From contig CAZBLW010000001.1 in assembly GCA_964493305.1 (NCBI GenBank), positions 384,037 through 448,036 of the forward strand: a stretch of DNA of 64,000 nt, in the 5' to 3' direction. The position numbers and the translations under genes are program-made. The stretch's first letter is position 1. Every line of letters starts with the position of its first letter. Origin of the DNA: an uncultured Gammaproteobacteria bacterium (GTDB taxonomy: Bacteria > Patescibacteriota > Patescibacteriia > S139-126). Shown piece by piece: positions 18,974 through 27,471 of the stretch. Below the pieces are notes generated by a model. It was not told where the DNA came from and did no database searches. It was given only the letters and a program-made list of their open reading frames with translations.

Positions 18974-20104
18974 ATGAACAGATTCAAAATCTTTTTCGTT
19001 CACGCAGTAATATTTATTTTTACTGTTATTTTATTCAATTTTCCATTTCAAGGTTGTAATGACAACTATTCGGATCCGATTTCACCACTTGGTGGTGGTC
19101 AAGATATAACCTTCGATGGTAAGGATATAACCATAACTGGTGTCGGCTTAGGTTACGCTCCTGATTACAATGGTCAAAATAAATTAATGAAAGGTTCTAG
19201 TGAGGACGATATACCATTGTATAAAGATGGTGATAAAGTATATATTGTTTTAACTAATCAGCAAGGGGCTGCAATATATGTTCAAGAGGTAGGTACTTGG
19301 CCAGGAAATAATGGCTTTTATACTTGCCCACCATTTAAAGTAACTTGGGGTGATTATCGAGCCTTTATGGTTATAGGTGGTGAAACCCAAGCATATCCCA
19401 TGTATATTGAAGTAAATTCTTCTGGTTATGTACAACTGACGCAAGTTGTTCACGGTACTACACCTAAGGGTAATGAATATGATTATTTTGTTTTTAGTTT
19501 AGTATCAAAATGTAGTGGTTCTTGTACCAGTATTAAACAAACATATGATAATTTAAATACCCTAATGCCAATTGCACCTTTTGTATCAAATCAAGATGAA
19601 TTAACTAAAAATTTACACAATACTTGGAGTACTGATTTTCCCAATGTAAATCCCCCTTATCCCGAAATGGATTTTTATTGGCAGGGCGCTAATTGTTGTG
19701 ACGAAGATGTAAGATATGTATCTAATTTAAGTGAAGCTGGTGAAGAGTATGTAGGTGGGGAAGGTACGAGATATGTAAACATGACCGAATCTATTTGGAA
19801 CGGATTATGTTTTCACTATCGAGGTATAATGGTTAAAAAAACTGACAAAAATAACAGTTATACCTTAACTGCTTTTAGAACCAGAGAACCACAAAATCCA
19901 CCATTAGGTGTAAGGTTATTAGTTAATAAATTTTTACCCGGTTTACCGCAAAATAATAAATCATTGATTCATCTTTATGATCAAGCCTGGGGTGTAAATG
20001 GCACCTTTTACTATGTTTTTCAGTTTGGCTTGAATCAAACAGGTGGTTTGTTACAAGGTGATGACAATCGTGTTGAAACAATCACATTACATGGTGGCAT
20101 GTAA
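18974..20104 (+). CDS. Putative lipoprotein, hypothetical
   Basis: Hydrophobic leader ending in lipobox FQGC; AAGGAG SD. Confidence 0.7.
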   Translation: MNRFKIFFVHAVIFIFTVILFNFPFQGCNDNYSDPISPLGGGQDITFDGKDITITGVGLGYAPDYNGQNKLMKGSSEDDIPLYKDGDKVYIVLTNQQGAAIYVQEVGTWPGNNGFYTCPPFKVTWGDYRAFMVIGGETQAYPMYIEVNSSGYVQLTQVVHGTTPKGNEYDYFVFSLVSKCSGSCTSIKQTYDNLNTLMPIAPFVSNQDELTKNLHNTWSTDFPNVNPPYPEMDFYWQGANCCDEDVRYVSNLSEAGEEYVGGEGTRYVNMTESIWNGLCFHYRGIMVKKTDKNNSYTLTAFRTREPQNPPLGVRLLVNKFLPGLPQNNKSLIHLYDQAWGVNGTFYYVFQFGLNQTGGLLQGDDNRVETITLHGGM

Positions 20105-20113
20105 TTTGATCTT

Positions 20114-20141
20114 AACCAGCCTCAACGTAGGCTGGTTTTTT
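20114..20141 (+). terminator. Intrinsic terminator
   Basis: AACCAGCCT-caacgt-AGGCTGGTT plus T tract. Confidence 0.85.
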
Positions 20142-20195
20142 ATTTATCCACAATTCAAATATTGAATTTTTGAATAAGTTTGTTATTATTTTGCT

Positions 20196-20285
20196 ATGAC
20201 TACAGTAAAGAGTAAATTGTATAGCTTAGTAAATAGCGGACAAATTGCTTTATTTGTCATTATTATTATTATTCTGGCGCGGTAG
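20196..20285 (+). CDS. Unannotated 29-aa leader peptide with five tandem Ile (ATT) codons
   Basis: MTTVKSKLYSLVNSGQIALFVIIIIILAR*; TTGAAT-16-TATTAT promoter ending 6 nt before the ATG. Confidence 0.5.
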   Translation: MTTVKSKLYSLVNSGQIALFVIIIIILAR

Positions 20286-20345
20286 TCAGCATTTTTTTGA
20301 TAATTTATAATAGCTGGCTACAACTTAGCCAGATTTTTTGTTTTT
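20282..20345 (+). promoter_or_regulatory. Candidate attenuator (alternative antiterminator and terminator hairpins)
   Basis: GTAGTCAGC(20282-90) pairs with GCTGGCTAC(20313-21), excluding the CTGGCTA/TAGCCAG(20314-32) hairpin that is followed by a T tract. Confidence 0.5.
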
Positions 20346-20394
20346 GTCCCTTAACAAACAATCATTTACCAATCAATCATTTAAGGAGGTTCTT

Positions 20395-20589
20395 ATGAAT
20401 AACCCAACCACTAACCAATTGTCTAAGCATGTTTTTTTAGAAACAAAACCCAAGGAGGAAGTAACAAAAGAAAAGGAAGAATACCGACAGTATTTAGAAA
20501 AGCACAATTTTACGGAAATGAATTTTCCTTTCACATCTTTTTTAAGAAAAAATGAACCAAATGTTGGTTTTGAAGGAGGAGCGATATGA
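20395..20589 (+). CDS. Small hypothetical protein (64 aa)
   Basis: AAGGAGGT SD before the ATG at 20395. Confidence 0.65.
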   Translation: MNNPTTNQLSKHVFLETKPKEEVTKEKEEYRQYLEKHNFTEMNFPFTSFLRKNEPNVGFEGGAI

Positions 20590-20762
20590 GTAAAGATAAA
20601 TTGAATGCTGATGAATCAGCGGAAACCAAAGAGAGTGACTTTATTGCTCATTATATTGAAAAACAATTTATTTTTACCCCCCAAAAACCCCTTGATAAAA
20701 AAGAAGAACATTTACAGATGTTACTCAATAAAGAACCTGAAAAAAAGCAGTATTTTGCTTAA
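20586..20762 (+). CDS. Unannotated small hypothetical protein (58 aa, MSKDKLNADE...QYFA)
   Basis: AGGAGG SD, ATGA overlap with upstream stop, ends just before a terminator. Confidence 0.65.
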   Translation: MSKDKLNADESAETKESDFIAHYIEKQFIFTPQKPLDKKEEHLQMLLNKEPEKKQYFA

Positions 20763-20767
20763 ACACC

Positions 20768-20799
20768 AACCCCGTTTAAATAAACGGGGTTTTTCTTTT
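20768..20799 (+). terminator. Intrinsic terminator
   Basis: AACCCCGTTTA-aa-TAAACGGGGTT plus T tract. Confidence 0.85.
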
Positions 20800-20801
20800 G
20801 C

Positions 20802-20829
20802 TTGACATCGTATTTTAATGTGTTACAAT
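20802..20829 (+). promoter_or_regulatory. Sigma70 promoter of rplJ-rplL
   Basis: TTGACA-16-TACAAT with TG extension. Confidence 0.75.
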
Positions 20830-20837
20830 ATTTTTAC

Positions 20838-20945
20838 ACCGCAGACAATAGGTTCTATATTGATTAATGCAAGTTTTTGCGCCTATCGAGGTCACAATCC
20901 TTTTTTTGGATCTAGGTCGAGTACCAAGTAAAAGTCTGCGTTTTA
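20838..20945 (+). ncRNA. L10 leader (rplJ autoregulatory RNA)
   Basis: CCGCAGACAATAGG...TTAA...CCTATCGAGG matches the L10-leader pattern; directly upstream of rplJ. Confidence 0.75.
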
Positions 20946-20967
20946 ACGCAGTTTTTTGTTTATATTT

Positions 20968-21492
20968 ATGGCTAAAACTAAACAACAAAAAGAACAAGAA
21001 GTAAAAGATTTAACTGATAAATTAGCTCAGGCTAAAGCAGTTGTTTTTGCTTCTTACAATAGTTTAACAGTAAGTCAAACTGAAGATTTACGTAAAAGTC
21101 TACGCCAGACCGGATCAGAGTTGAAAATGGCCAAGAAAAACCTGTTAAAGTTGGCATTACAAAACAATAAATTTACCGACGATATAGTTGATAATTTTAC
21201 TGGTTCAGTTACTGTGGCCTTTGGTTTTGATGATGAAATTGCTCCGGCTAAAATTTTGGCTAAATTTTCTAAAACCAATGAAGCCATGCAGATATTTGGT
21301 GGTATTTTAGAAAATAAATTTATTGAGTCAAACCGGGTTCAAGCCTTAGCTACTTTGCCAAGTAAAGAAGAATTACTGGCCAAATTAGTAGGTAGTATTA
21401 ATGCGCCGGTTTCCGGAGTAGTTAATGTTTTGGCAGGTAATTTACGTAATTTAGTTTTTGTACTAAACGCAATTAAAACAACTAAAAATTAA
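20968..21492 (+). CDS. rplJ: 50S ribosomal protein L10
   Basis: MAKTKQQK..., [25 protein letters not shown]. Confidence 0.97.
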   Translation: MAKTKQQKEQEVKDLTDKLAQAKAVVFASYNSLTVSQTEDLRKSLRQTGSELKMAKKNLLKLALQNNKFTDDIVDNFTGSVTVAFGFDDEIAPAKILAKFSKTNEAMQIFGGILENKFIESNRVQALATLPSKEELLAKLVGSINAPVSGVVNVLAGNLRNLVFVLNAIKTTKN

Positions 21493-21502
21493 TATTAATA
21501 AT

Positions 21503-21904
21503 ATGAGTGAAGAAAAAAAAGTAGAAGTACCAGAAAAATTTAAAAAACTGGTAGAGGAAATAGAAAAAATGTCAGTTCTTGACCTATCAGAATTGGTCAA
21601 AGTATTGGAAGATAAATTTGGCGTTTCTGCTGCTGCCCCTATAGCTGTTGCTGCTGCTGGAGCAGCCGGAGCTGGTGAAGCAGCTGAAGAAAAAACTGAT
21701 TTTACAGTTGAGTTGACTGCAGCGGGTGAAAATAAAATTGGTGTAATCAAGGTTGTTAGAGAAGTTACTCAGTTAGGTTTGAAAGAAGCCAAAGATTTAG
21801 TAGATGGCGCACCTAAAGTTTTGAAAGAAGGTGTTAAAAAAGAAGAGGCAGAAGAAATGAAAAAGAAATTAGAGGAAGCTGGTGCCAGTGTCAATTTAAA
21901 ATAA
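21503..21904 (+). CDS. rplL: 50S ribosomal protein L7/L12
   Basis: [31 protein letters not shown]. Confidence 0.98.
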   Translation: MSEEKKVEVPEKFKKLVEEIEKMSVLDLSELVKVLEDKFGVSAAAPIAVAAAGAAGAGEAAEEKTDFTVELTAAGENKIGVIKVVREVTQLGLKEAKDLVDGAPKVLKEGVKKEEAEEMKKKLEEAGASVNLK

Positions 21905-21908
21905 GTCT

Positions 21909-21945
21909 AAAAAAAAATTACCCTGCTTGTGCAGGGTAATTTTTT
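21909..21945. terminator. Bidirectional intrinsic terminator
   Basis: A-tract ATTACCCTGC-ttgt-GCAGGGTAAT T-tract. Confidence 0.85.
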
Positions 21946-24079
21946 ATTCTTCAACTAATAGTTCATAAATATTATTTTGATCTATCAGATATATCAAGCG
22001 TTTATTATTTTCTTTGGTTTGGCTAACTGCTAGACCAGTTATTTGTTTTAATTGATCAGCTTGGTACTGTTTTACCAATTTACCATCTTTATTTAGGATT
22101 ACAATTCTTTTATTATCATTATCTAATAAATATAAAGCCGGTAAATCATTTTTTGTTAATAATTGGTTAACAGTTCTAATCATTGGGTCAATTGTTTCAA
22201 CTGAAAATTCCTGTTTTTGTCCGCGGATAAATTTATTTAATTGACCCTGATCGTGCCAGGTGTAAATGGCACCATCAATTGCTAATTTAGTAATCCTACC
22301 AAAATCATTGTCACCTAACCAGACTTGTCCAGATAAATAATTGTTGTTACTGCGATTATAGCGGACAATATGATTGTTTTCTCCTGATACTAAATAAAGA
22401 TTATTATTATAACTGGCAGCAGTAACCGGGGGGTTGGTGGCGTTCCAATTAAAATTTATTTGTTCCCACTGGTTATCAGTTACGGTGTACTGATAAATAG
22501 TATTGTTGTTAAAATATACCAGTAAATTATTCTGCTCAGGAATCAAATATAAAGGGGATGATTCGGGTAGGTTGGTGGCAGCAATATCGCGATTAGTTAG
22601 ATTGAGTCGAAATAAAGATTTGTTAGTTAAAATAAATAAATTATTTTCAATAATATCTAAGCCACCGTTTACTAAGTTTTCGCTAGTAATATTGGCTACA
22701 TTGATAAGTGTGGTTAGGTTGTTTAGGTTGACCAATTTATTTGCCTCTGACATTAATTCATTATTTTTATCCAACAATTGTTGGTTTATTGTTTCTCGAT
22801 CAGTATTATTTTTAGGCAGACTATAAATTGTATTTAGTGCTTCGCCCAGTAATTTTCTAGCTTTTTGATTGTCGCCATATATTATGGAAGCTTGTGCCTC
22901 ACTGTGTAGGTTGTTGATTTTCACCACCGTTTCGTCATAATATTCTGTGCTAATTTGGGTATTCTTACTAAAGCCCATAATAGAAAGATTAACCAGTAAT
23001 GCGAGAATAAGAACCAATGCTATGGCTAACAAAAATTTACTCAAACCAGACAGCAATTTAATTTTTGTTTGAAACTGTTTCAATGAAAATATAAAATTGT
23101 TGGGGAGATTTTTTAAAATAGAGAATACGTTTTCTTTTTTGTGTTTAATTTTACGGTTAATATTTACAATATCAGAAGGTAAATCCTTAAATTTTTTCAC
23201 ATAGTTATTGAAATAACTAACCTTTTGGTTGTCATTATTGTAGACCAGCTTTTTTTTGTTGGGAGAGTAGATGTTTTTAATTTTGTTGGTCCAACCAGAA
23301 AAATCAGGTAAATATTTGGGATGAAGATATTTTTGAGTTTCTGCAGATTTAACTTCTAAACTTTTAATAGTGTCATTGGCTGAAAGATTTATTTTTTTGT
23401 TATCAATATCATTTTTAATCGTATCAATTACCGGATTGGTGAGTACCAGACCAGACAAATTTTGATTGATTAGTTGATTATTAATTAGTTGTTCAATCTG
23501 ACTAGCAATATTTTGTATAGGCAATAAATTAAATATATTTTTTATATTGTCTGTACTTAAATAATCAAAAACAGCCTGGTTGACCAGGGCAATACGACTA
23601 AATTTATCAATCGGGCCAGAGTAGATTTGATCAAAAAATTTTTTGCCAGGAATATATAAATTTGCAGAGACTTGTTTAACAACATCAACGTAATTTTTTT
23701 GTCTCAATAAAAGTAGATGATTGCTACCGTAGTTGGCAAAATGCAATTGCTGATCAAAAATTAAGCCGACGGTAAGATTTATTTTTTTTGACCAAATATT
23801 TTGTTCTTTAAAAATAACCGTAAATTCTAAATTGAATTCATTTAATACCTTTTCAAAACAACCTAAAGGATCAGCAATATCTTGTCTTAAAAAATAGTTA
23901 TCACTTAAGTTGTTGAATAATTGTTGAATTTTTTGTTGCCAATGAGCGGGTAGGGTACTATCAATACCAAATATTAAATAACCTAACTCTGTCAGTTCTG
24001 GCTGGTTTTTATAAAAAAAGCTACAGGTATTATTTGCCTTTGCAGTGGTAATTTGTATAGTATCGCTTTGAAAAATCAT
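21944..24079 (-). CDS. Single-pass membrane protein; PP2C-like N-domain and C-terminal beta-propeller (NHL-like) region
   Basis: LHFANYGSNHLLLLR PP2C-like strand, central TM, LAIDGAIY and YLLDNDNKRIVILNKDG..KQY blades. Confidence 0.55.
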   Translation of the reverse strand: MIFQSDTIQITTAKANNTCSFFYKNQPELTELGYLIFGIDSTLPAHWQQKIQQLFNNLSDNYFLRQDIADPLGCFEKVLNEFNLEFTVIFKEQNIWSKKINLTVGLIFDQQLHFANYGSNHLLLLRQKNYVDVVKQVSANLYIPGKKFFDQIYSGPIDKFSRIALVNQAVFDYLSTDNIKNIFNLLPIQNIASQIEQLINNQLINQNLSGLVLTNPVIDTIKNDIDNKKINLSANDTIKSLEVKSAETQKYLHPKYLPDFSGWTNKIKNIYSPNKKKLVYNNDNQKVSYFNNYVKKFKDLPSDIVNINRKIKHKKENVFSILKNLPNNFIFSLKQFQTKIKLLSGLSKFLLAIALVLILALLVNLSIMGFSKNTQISTEYYDETVVKINNLHSEAQASIIYGDNQKARKLLGEALNTIYSLPKNNTDRETINQQLLDKNNELMSEANKLVNLNNLTTLINVANITSENLVNGGLDIIENNLFILTNKSLFRLNLTNRDIAATNLPESSPLYLIPEQNNLLVYFNNNTIYQYTVTDNQWEQINFNWNATNPPVTAASYNNNLYLVSGENNHIVRYNRSNNNYLSGQVWLGDNDFGRITKLAIDGAIYTWHDQGQLNKFIRGQKQEFSVETIDPMIRTVNQLLTKNDLPALYLLDNDNKRIVILNKDGKLVKQYQADQLKQITGLAVSQTKENNKRLIYLIDQNNIYELLVEE

Positions 24080-24111
24080 AAAATTAAAGTCGTTTTATAT
24101 TTTAGCTAATA

Positions 24112-24140
24112 TTGACAGTTGTGGCAATGTAAGTTAGGAT
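24112..24140 (+). promoter_or_regulatory. Sigma70 promoter
   Basis: TTGACA-17-TAGGAT. Confidence 0.55.
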
Positions 24141-24183
24141 AAAAATATCTAAAATTATATTGATTATCTTTATACTATTCAAT

Positions 24184-24756
24184 ATGCTTGAACAACTATT
24201 TAGTTCAAGAACTAGAGTTAAACTTCTAAAAAAATTCTTATTAAACCCCGAGAGTAAATTTTTTGTTCGCGAATTAACTAGAGAAATAGACGAAAGAATC
24301 AATTCAGTCAGGCGAGAATTAGAAAATCTGGTTAGTATTGGTTTTTTAATTACCTTTAATCAGGAACAAAAAAAGTATTATCAGGTAAATAAAGATTTTT
24401 TATTGTACTCTGAAATTGAAGCATTGATTTTAAAATCCCAAGGTTTAATTGAAGATAAAATTATTGATAAAATCAAAAATTTAAAACCAGTCAAATACTG
24501 TGTTCTAACGGGAAAATTTGTCAATCGTATTGATACCTTAACTGATATTTTGGTAGTCGGGGAAAGAGTGCCATTGGAAAAGTTAAAAAATATTATCAAA
24601 ATTTTAGAAAAAAACTTTGATCAAGAAATAAATTATACTATCCTTTCGCCACTTGAATTTCAAGCTCGCAGTCAGATGACTGATAGATTTATCTACAATA
24701 TTTTAAATGGACCAAAGATTATAGTAGTTGATAAAATATTTCGGGTAAAAAAATGA
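24184..24756 (+). CDS. Winged-HTH transcriptional regulator with degenerate nucleotidyltransferase-like C-domain
   Basis: MLEQLFSSRTRVKLL, FVRELTR...INSVRREL; TDILVVG. Confidence 0.7.
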   Translation: MLEQLFSSRTRVKLLKKFLLNPESKFFVRELTREIDERINSVRRELENLVSIGFLITFNQEQKKYYQVNKDFLLYSEIEALILKSQGLIEDKIIDKIKNLKPVKYCVLTGKFVNRIDTLTDILVVGERVPLEKLKNIIKILEKNFDQEINYTILSPLEFQARSQMTDRFIYNILNGPKIIVVDKIFRVKK

Positions 24757-25445
24757 TTAGATTGAATCGTTTTATCGCCTCAGCCACCGCCTTATCGCGT
24801 CGTCAGGCTGATAGTTTTATTAAACGAGGTGATATCAGCGTCAATGGTCAAATAATTAAAGATTTAGGTACTCGGATTGGTCCCACTGACCAGGTAAGGT
24901 TGAATGGTGAATTATTAAATCCGTTGAAGAAAGTTTACTATGTTTTAAATAAACCGGTTGGGACAGTGTGTAGTAATCTCAGGCAGTCAAAGCAGAAAAT
25001 TGTTACTGATTTAGTTCCACCGTTTCCGCCCGTTTTTACGGTAGGCAGACTTGATAAAGATACTAGTGGTTTATTGATACTTACCAACGATGGTAATTTA
25101 GCTCAACAACTTACCCATCCTAGTTACCAACAAGAGAAAGAATATCAAGTTACCATCGATAAAAAACTAAAAACCAAAGACAGTGTCAGACTTTTACAAG
25201 GTGTAAAAATCGCCGAACACATAATGAAGTTTGACTCTCTGAGTAATTTCAATTTAACTACTTATCAAGTTATTTTGCACCAAGGTTATAATCGTCAAAT
25301 CCGTAAAATGTTCAATTATCTTGGTTATCAGGTTTTGGCACTTAATCGTATTAGGATAGGTAAATTTATTCTCAAGGATTTACCCGTTGGTCATTACCTT
25401 AATCTTAGTACCAAAGATGTTAATAAGTATTTTTCTAAAGTATGA
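24753..25445 (+). CDS. rRNA pseudouridine synthase (RsuA/RluB family)
   Basis: S4 domain, LNKPVG, VGRLDKDTSGLLILTNDG, NRQIRKM. Confidence 0.93.
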   Translation: MIRLNRFIASATALSRRQADSFIKRGDISVNGQIIKDLGTRIGPTDQVRLNGELLNPLKKVYYVLNKPVGTVCSNLRQSKQKIVTDLVPPFPPVFTVGRLDKDTSGLLILTNDGNLAQQLTHPSYQQEKEYQVTIDKKLKTKDSVRLLQGVKIAEHIMKFDSLSNFNLTTYQVILHQGYNRQIRKMFNYLGYQVLALNRIRIGKFILKDLPVGHYLNLSTKDVNKYFSKV

Positions 25446-25849
25446 TCCTACTAATCAATACCAGTAAATTTGACCAAATAGAGTTAGCTTTAGTACAAGC
25501 TGATCAGGTTATAAATGAGTTAACCGTTGAGGCTAGATTTGCTCATCAAGAAAAACTTATTAAATCAATAGCGGAATTATTTAAACAAAGTAAAGTACAA
25601 CCCACCAAGCTAATAGGGATAATTGTGGTTAGGGGAGAGGGTAGTTTTTCCGCCTTGCGTATTGGCCTAGCTGTAGCTAATACCATGGCTTGGCAGTTAG
25701 CCATTCCAATTGTTGGGGTAACCAATGACAAATTTAAAAATTGTTCAGAGTTATATCAACTAGGCAAAAAGTTATTAGCAAAACAAACCAGTTTTAATTT
25801 GGTTTTACCAGTTTACGGTCAGGCGCCCAATATTAATATAAAGAAATGA
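25442..25849 (+). CDS. tsaB: tRNA t6A biosynthesis protein TsaB (short form)
   Basis: LLINTS, GEGSFSALRIGLAVAN, PVYGQAPNI. Confidence 0.85.
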   Translation: MILLINTSKFDQIELALVQADQVINELTVEARFAHQEKLIKSIAELFKQSKVQPTKLIGIIVVRGEGSFSALRIGLAVANTMAWQLAIPIVGVTNDKFKNCSELYQLGKKLLAKQTSFNLVLPVYGQAPNINIKK

Positions 25850-26346
25850 AATTTAAAAATAGTTTAACCGGTCAAAAAATTAAATTACAATTTCCCAAAC
25901 CCGGAGATGCAAAATTAGTAGTTAAAAAAATTAATTTTAAAACCATTGCCCGTTGGACAAGTAATATTCCATATCCCTATAAATTGGCTGATGCTAAAAA
26001 GTTTATTATTAAACAAAAGATAAATCGAAAAAAAGGCAGTGATCTGGTGTATTTTATTTTTGATAAAAACAATTCTGATTTAATTGGTGGTATTGGCTTG
26101 CATCATTTGGACAAAAAAAATCATAAAGCTGAACTTGGTTATTGGTTAACGCCACAGCGCTGGGGCGAGGGACTAACCAGTGAGGCGGTTAGTTTGTTGG
26201 TAGATTATGGTTTTAAAAGTCTGGCTTTAGTTCGTATTTATGCTGTTTGTTTTTCAGTCAATTTAGCCTCCAAGAAAGTACTGGAGAAAAATGGTTTTAT
26301 ATTTGAAGGTGTTGAACTAAAATCTTTATATAAAGATGGTAAATGA
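25846..26346 (+). CDS. RimJ/RimL-type GNAT acetyltransferase, apparently truncated by an in-frame TGA
   Basis: IPYPY, AELGYWL, WGEG, NLASKKVLEKNGF; frame continues after the TGA as HDLLRFAII to TAA at 26391. Confidence 0.8.
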   Translation: MKFKNSLTGQKIKLQFPKPGDAKLVVKKINFKTIARWTSNIPYPYKLADAKKFIIKQKINRKKGSDLVYFIFDKNNSDLIGGIGLHHLDKKNHKAELGYWLTPQRWGEGLTSEAVSLLVDYGFKSLALVRIYAVCFSVNLASKKVLEKNGFIFEGVELKSLYKDGK

Positions 26347-26496
26347 CATGATTTGTTACGCTTTGCTATTATAAAAAATAAACAAAGATAATTAGGATTG
26401 CTAAGTTGATTGATAAAAAGAAATGTTTTGACATTTCTTTTTTGTTGTGATTAAGTGAGTAAATTCGAAATTTTACAAATTAATACGGAGGAAATA

Positions 26497-27243
26497 ATGG
26501 AAAAATTAGTATTGCCTAAAATTGATCTGTTGGCAGATTTTTTTGCTGACATAGAAGTTGGTATGAAAAGATCAATTAGGTGGAAAAAATTTTATCAACA
26601 AGGTTTGTTTCGTAAACAAACTTCATGGGATCACGCTGGTTGTGATATAAATTTATTGACCCTAATAGTTGGTCAGCATCTGCAACAATATTATCCAGGT
26701 TTAAATCTGTTTGCTTTACTGGCTTGCGCTACTTTGCACGATTTGGGTGAAGCAATGTTACAGCCTGGAGATATTGGCGATATTGCTTGGCCGGAAAAAC
26801 AAAAAAATAATGGCCATCAAAAAAAAGAATGGCAAATATTCAAAAGACATTTTAATCATTTTTCTGATTATCAGGATATATTATTGGCTTTTTTAGCACC
26901 CTATTATTTATTGCAATACAGTAATAAAGAATTAGTAGATTTATTAACTACTGATCAAAAAATTAGCGGTTTAGTTTTCAGAGGTGATGAAATGTATTTA
27001 GAAAAGAAAATTTTTGTGGCGATTGAAAGGTTGCTTTATATAATTGATGCTGCCAGGGAATATCATCAACATCCGATTAAATCTTTACCTGTTTATTTAA
27101 CTATCTTAAAACAACAGGATCAATATTTATTGAATTTTGCCAAAGAAATTAAGGGATTTGATTTTTTTTATTCAAAATCTGACCATGATAAATTCCAAAA
27201 TTTTTTAACAAAATATCATAAGACCAGAAAAATAAAAGTCTAA
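26497..27243 (+). CDS. HD-domain protein (YfbR/5'-deoxynucleotidase-like)
   Basis: RW...QTSWDH, LHDLGEA, GDI; GGAGGA SD before the ATG at 26497. Confidence 0.6.
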   Translation: MEKLVLPKIDLLADFFADIEVGMKRSIRWKKFYQQGLFRKQTSWDHAGCDINLLTLIVGQHLQQYYPGLNLFALLACATLHDLGEAMLQPGDIGDIAWPEKQKNNGHQKKEWQIFKRHFNHFSDYQDILLAFLAPYYLLQYSNKELVDLLTTDQKISGLVFRGDEMYLEKKIFVAIERLLYIIDAAREYHQHPIKSLPVYLTILKQQDQYLLNFAKEIKGFDFFYSKSDHDKFQNFLTKYHKTRKIKV

Positions 27244-27269
27244 ATTACAATTTATTTTTTCCACATATT

Positions 27270-27300
27270 ATGCACCGTAAAACGGTGCATTTTTATTTTT
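27270..27300 (+). terminator. Intrinsic terminator
   Basis: ATGCACCGT-aaa-ACGGTGCAT plus T tract. Confidence 0.8.
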
Positions 27301-27348
27301 CTTAATATTTATTTATTTTTTTTGCTTAATATTAGGGTAGAGCAGTGG

Positions 27349-27432
27349 TTGATTTTTTCGTCTAGGTGGGGTATAATGTTTATAGAGGGTGAAAAGTGGA
27401 TAAAAGTGGGGATAAGTCACCAGAATAGTGGA
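27349..27432 (+). promoter_or_regulatory. dcw promoter with MraZ-binding GTGG repeats
   Basis: TTGATT-17-TATAAT; 10-bp spaced AAGTGG repeats (GTGG at 27396 and 27406) upstream of mraZ. Confidence 0.75.
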
Positions 27433-27471
27433 TAACCCACCTTTAAATTTTATATATTATTATATTTTTTA

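Noticed and set aside
20605-20805. 66-aa ORF in the track
   Set aside because: It runs through the terminator and has no SD; the overlapping frame 20586-20762 has an SD and ATGA coupling.
26344-26346. Alternative genetic code (TGA=Gly or Trp)
   Set aside because: Conserved genes such as mraZ and the kinase end at TGA at their expected C-termini, and long ORFs are intact under code 11.
27380-27440. GTGG direct repeats as a novel repeat element
   Set aside because: Explained by known MraZ operator repeats upstream of mraZ.
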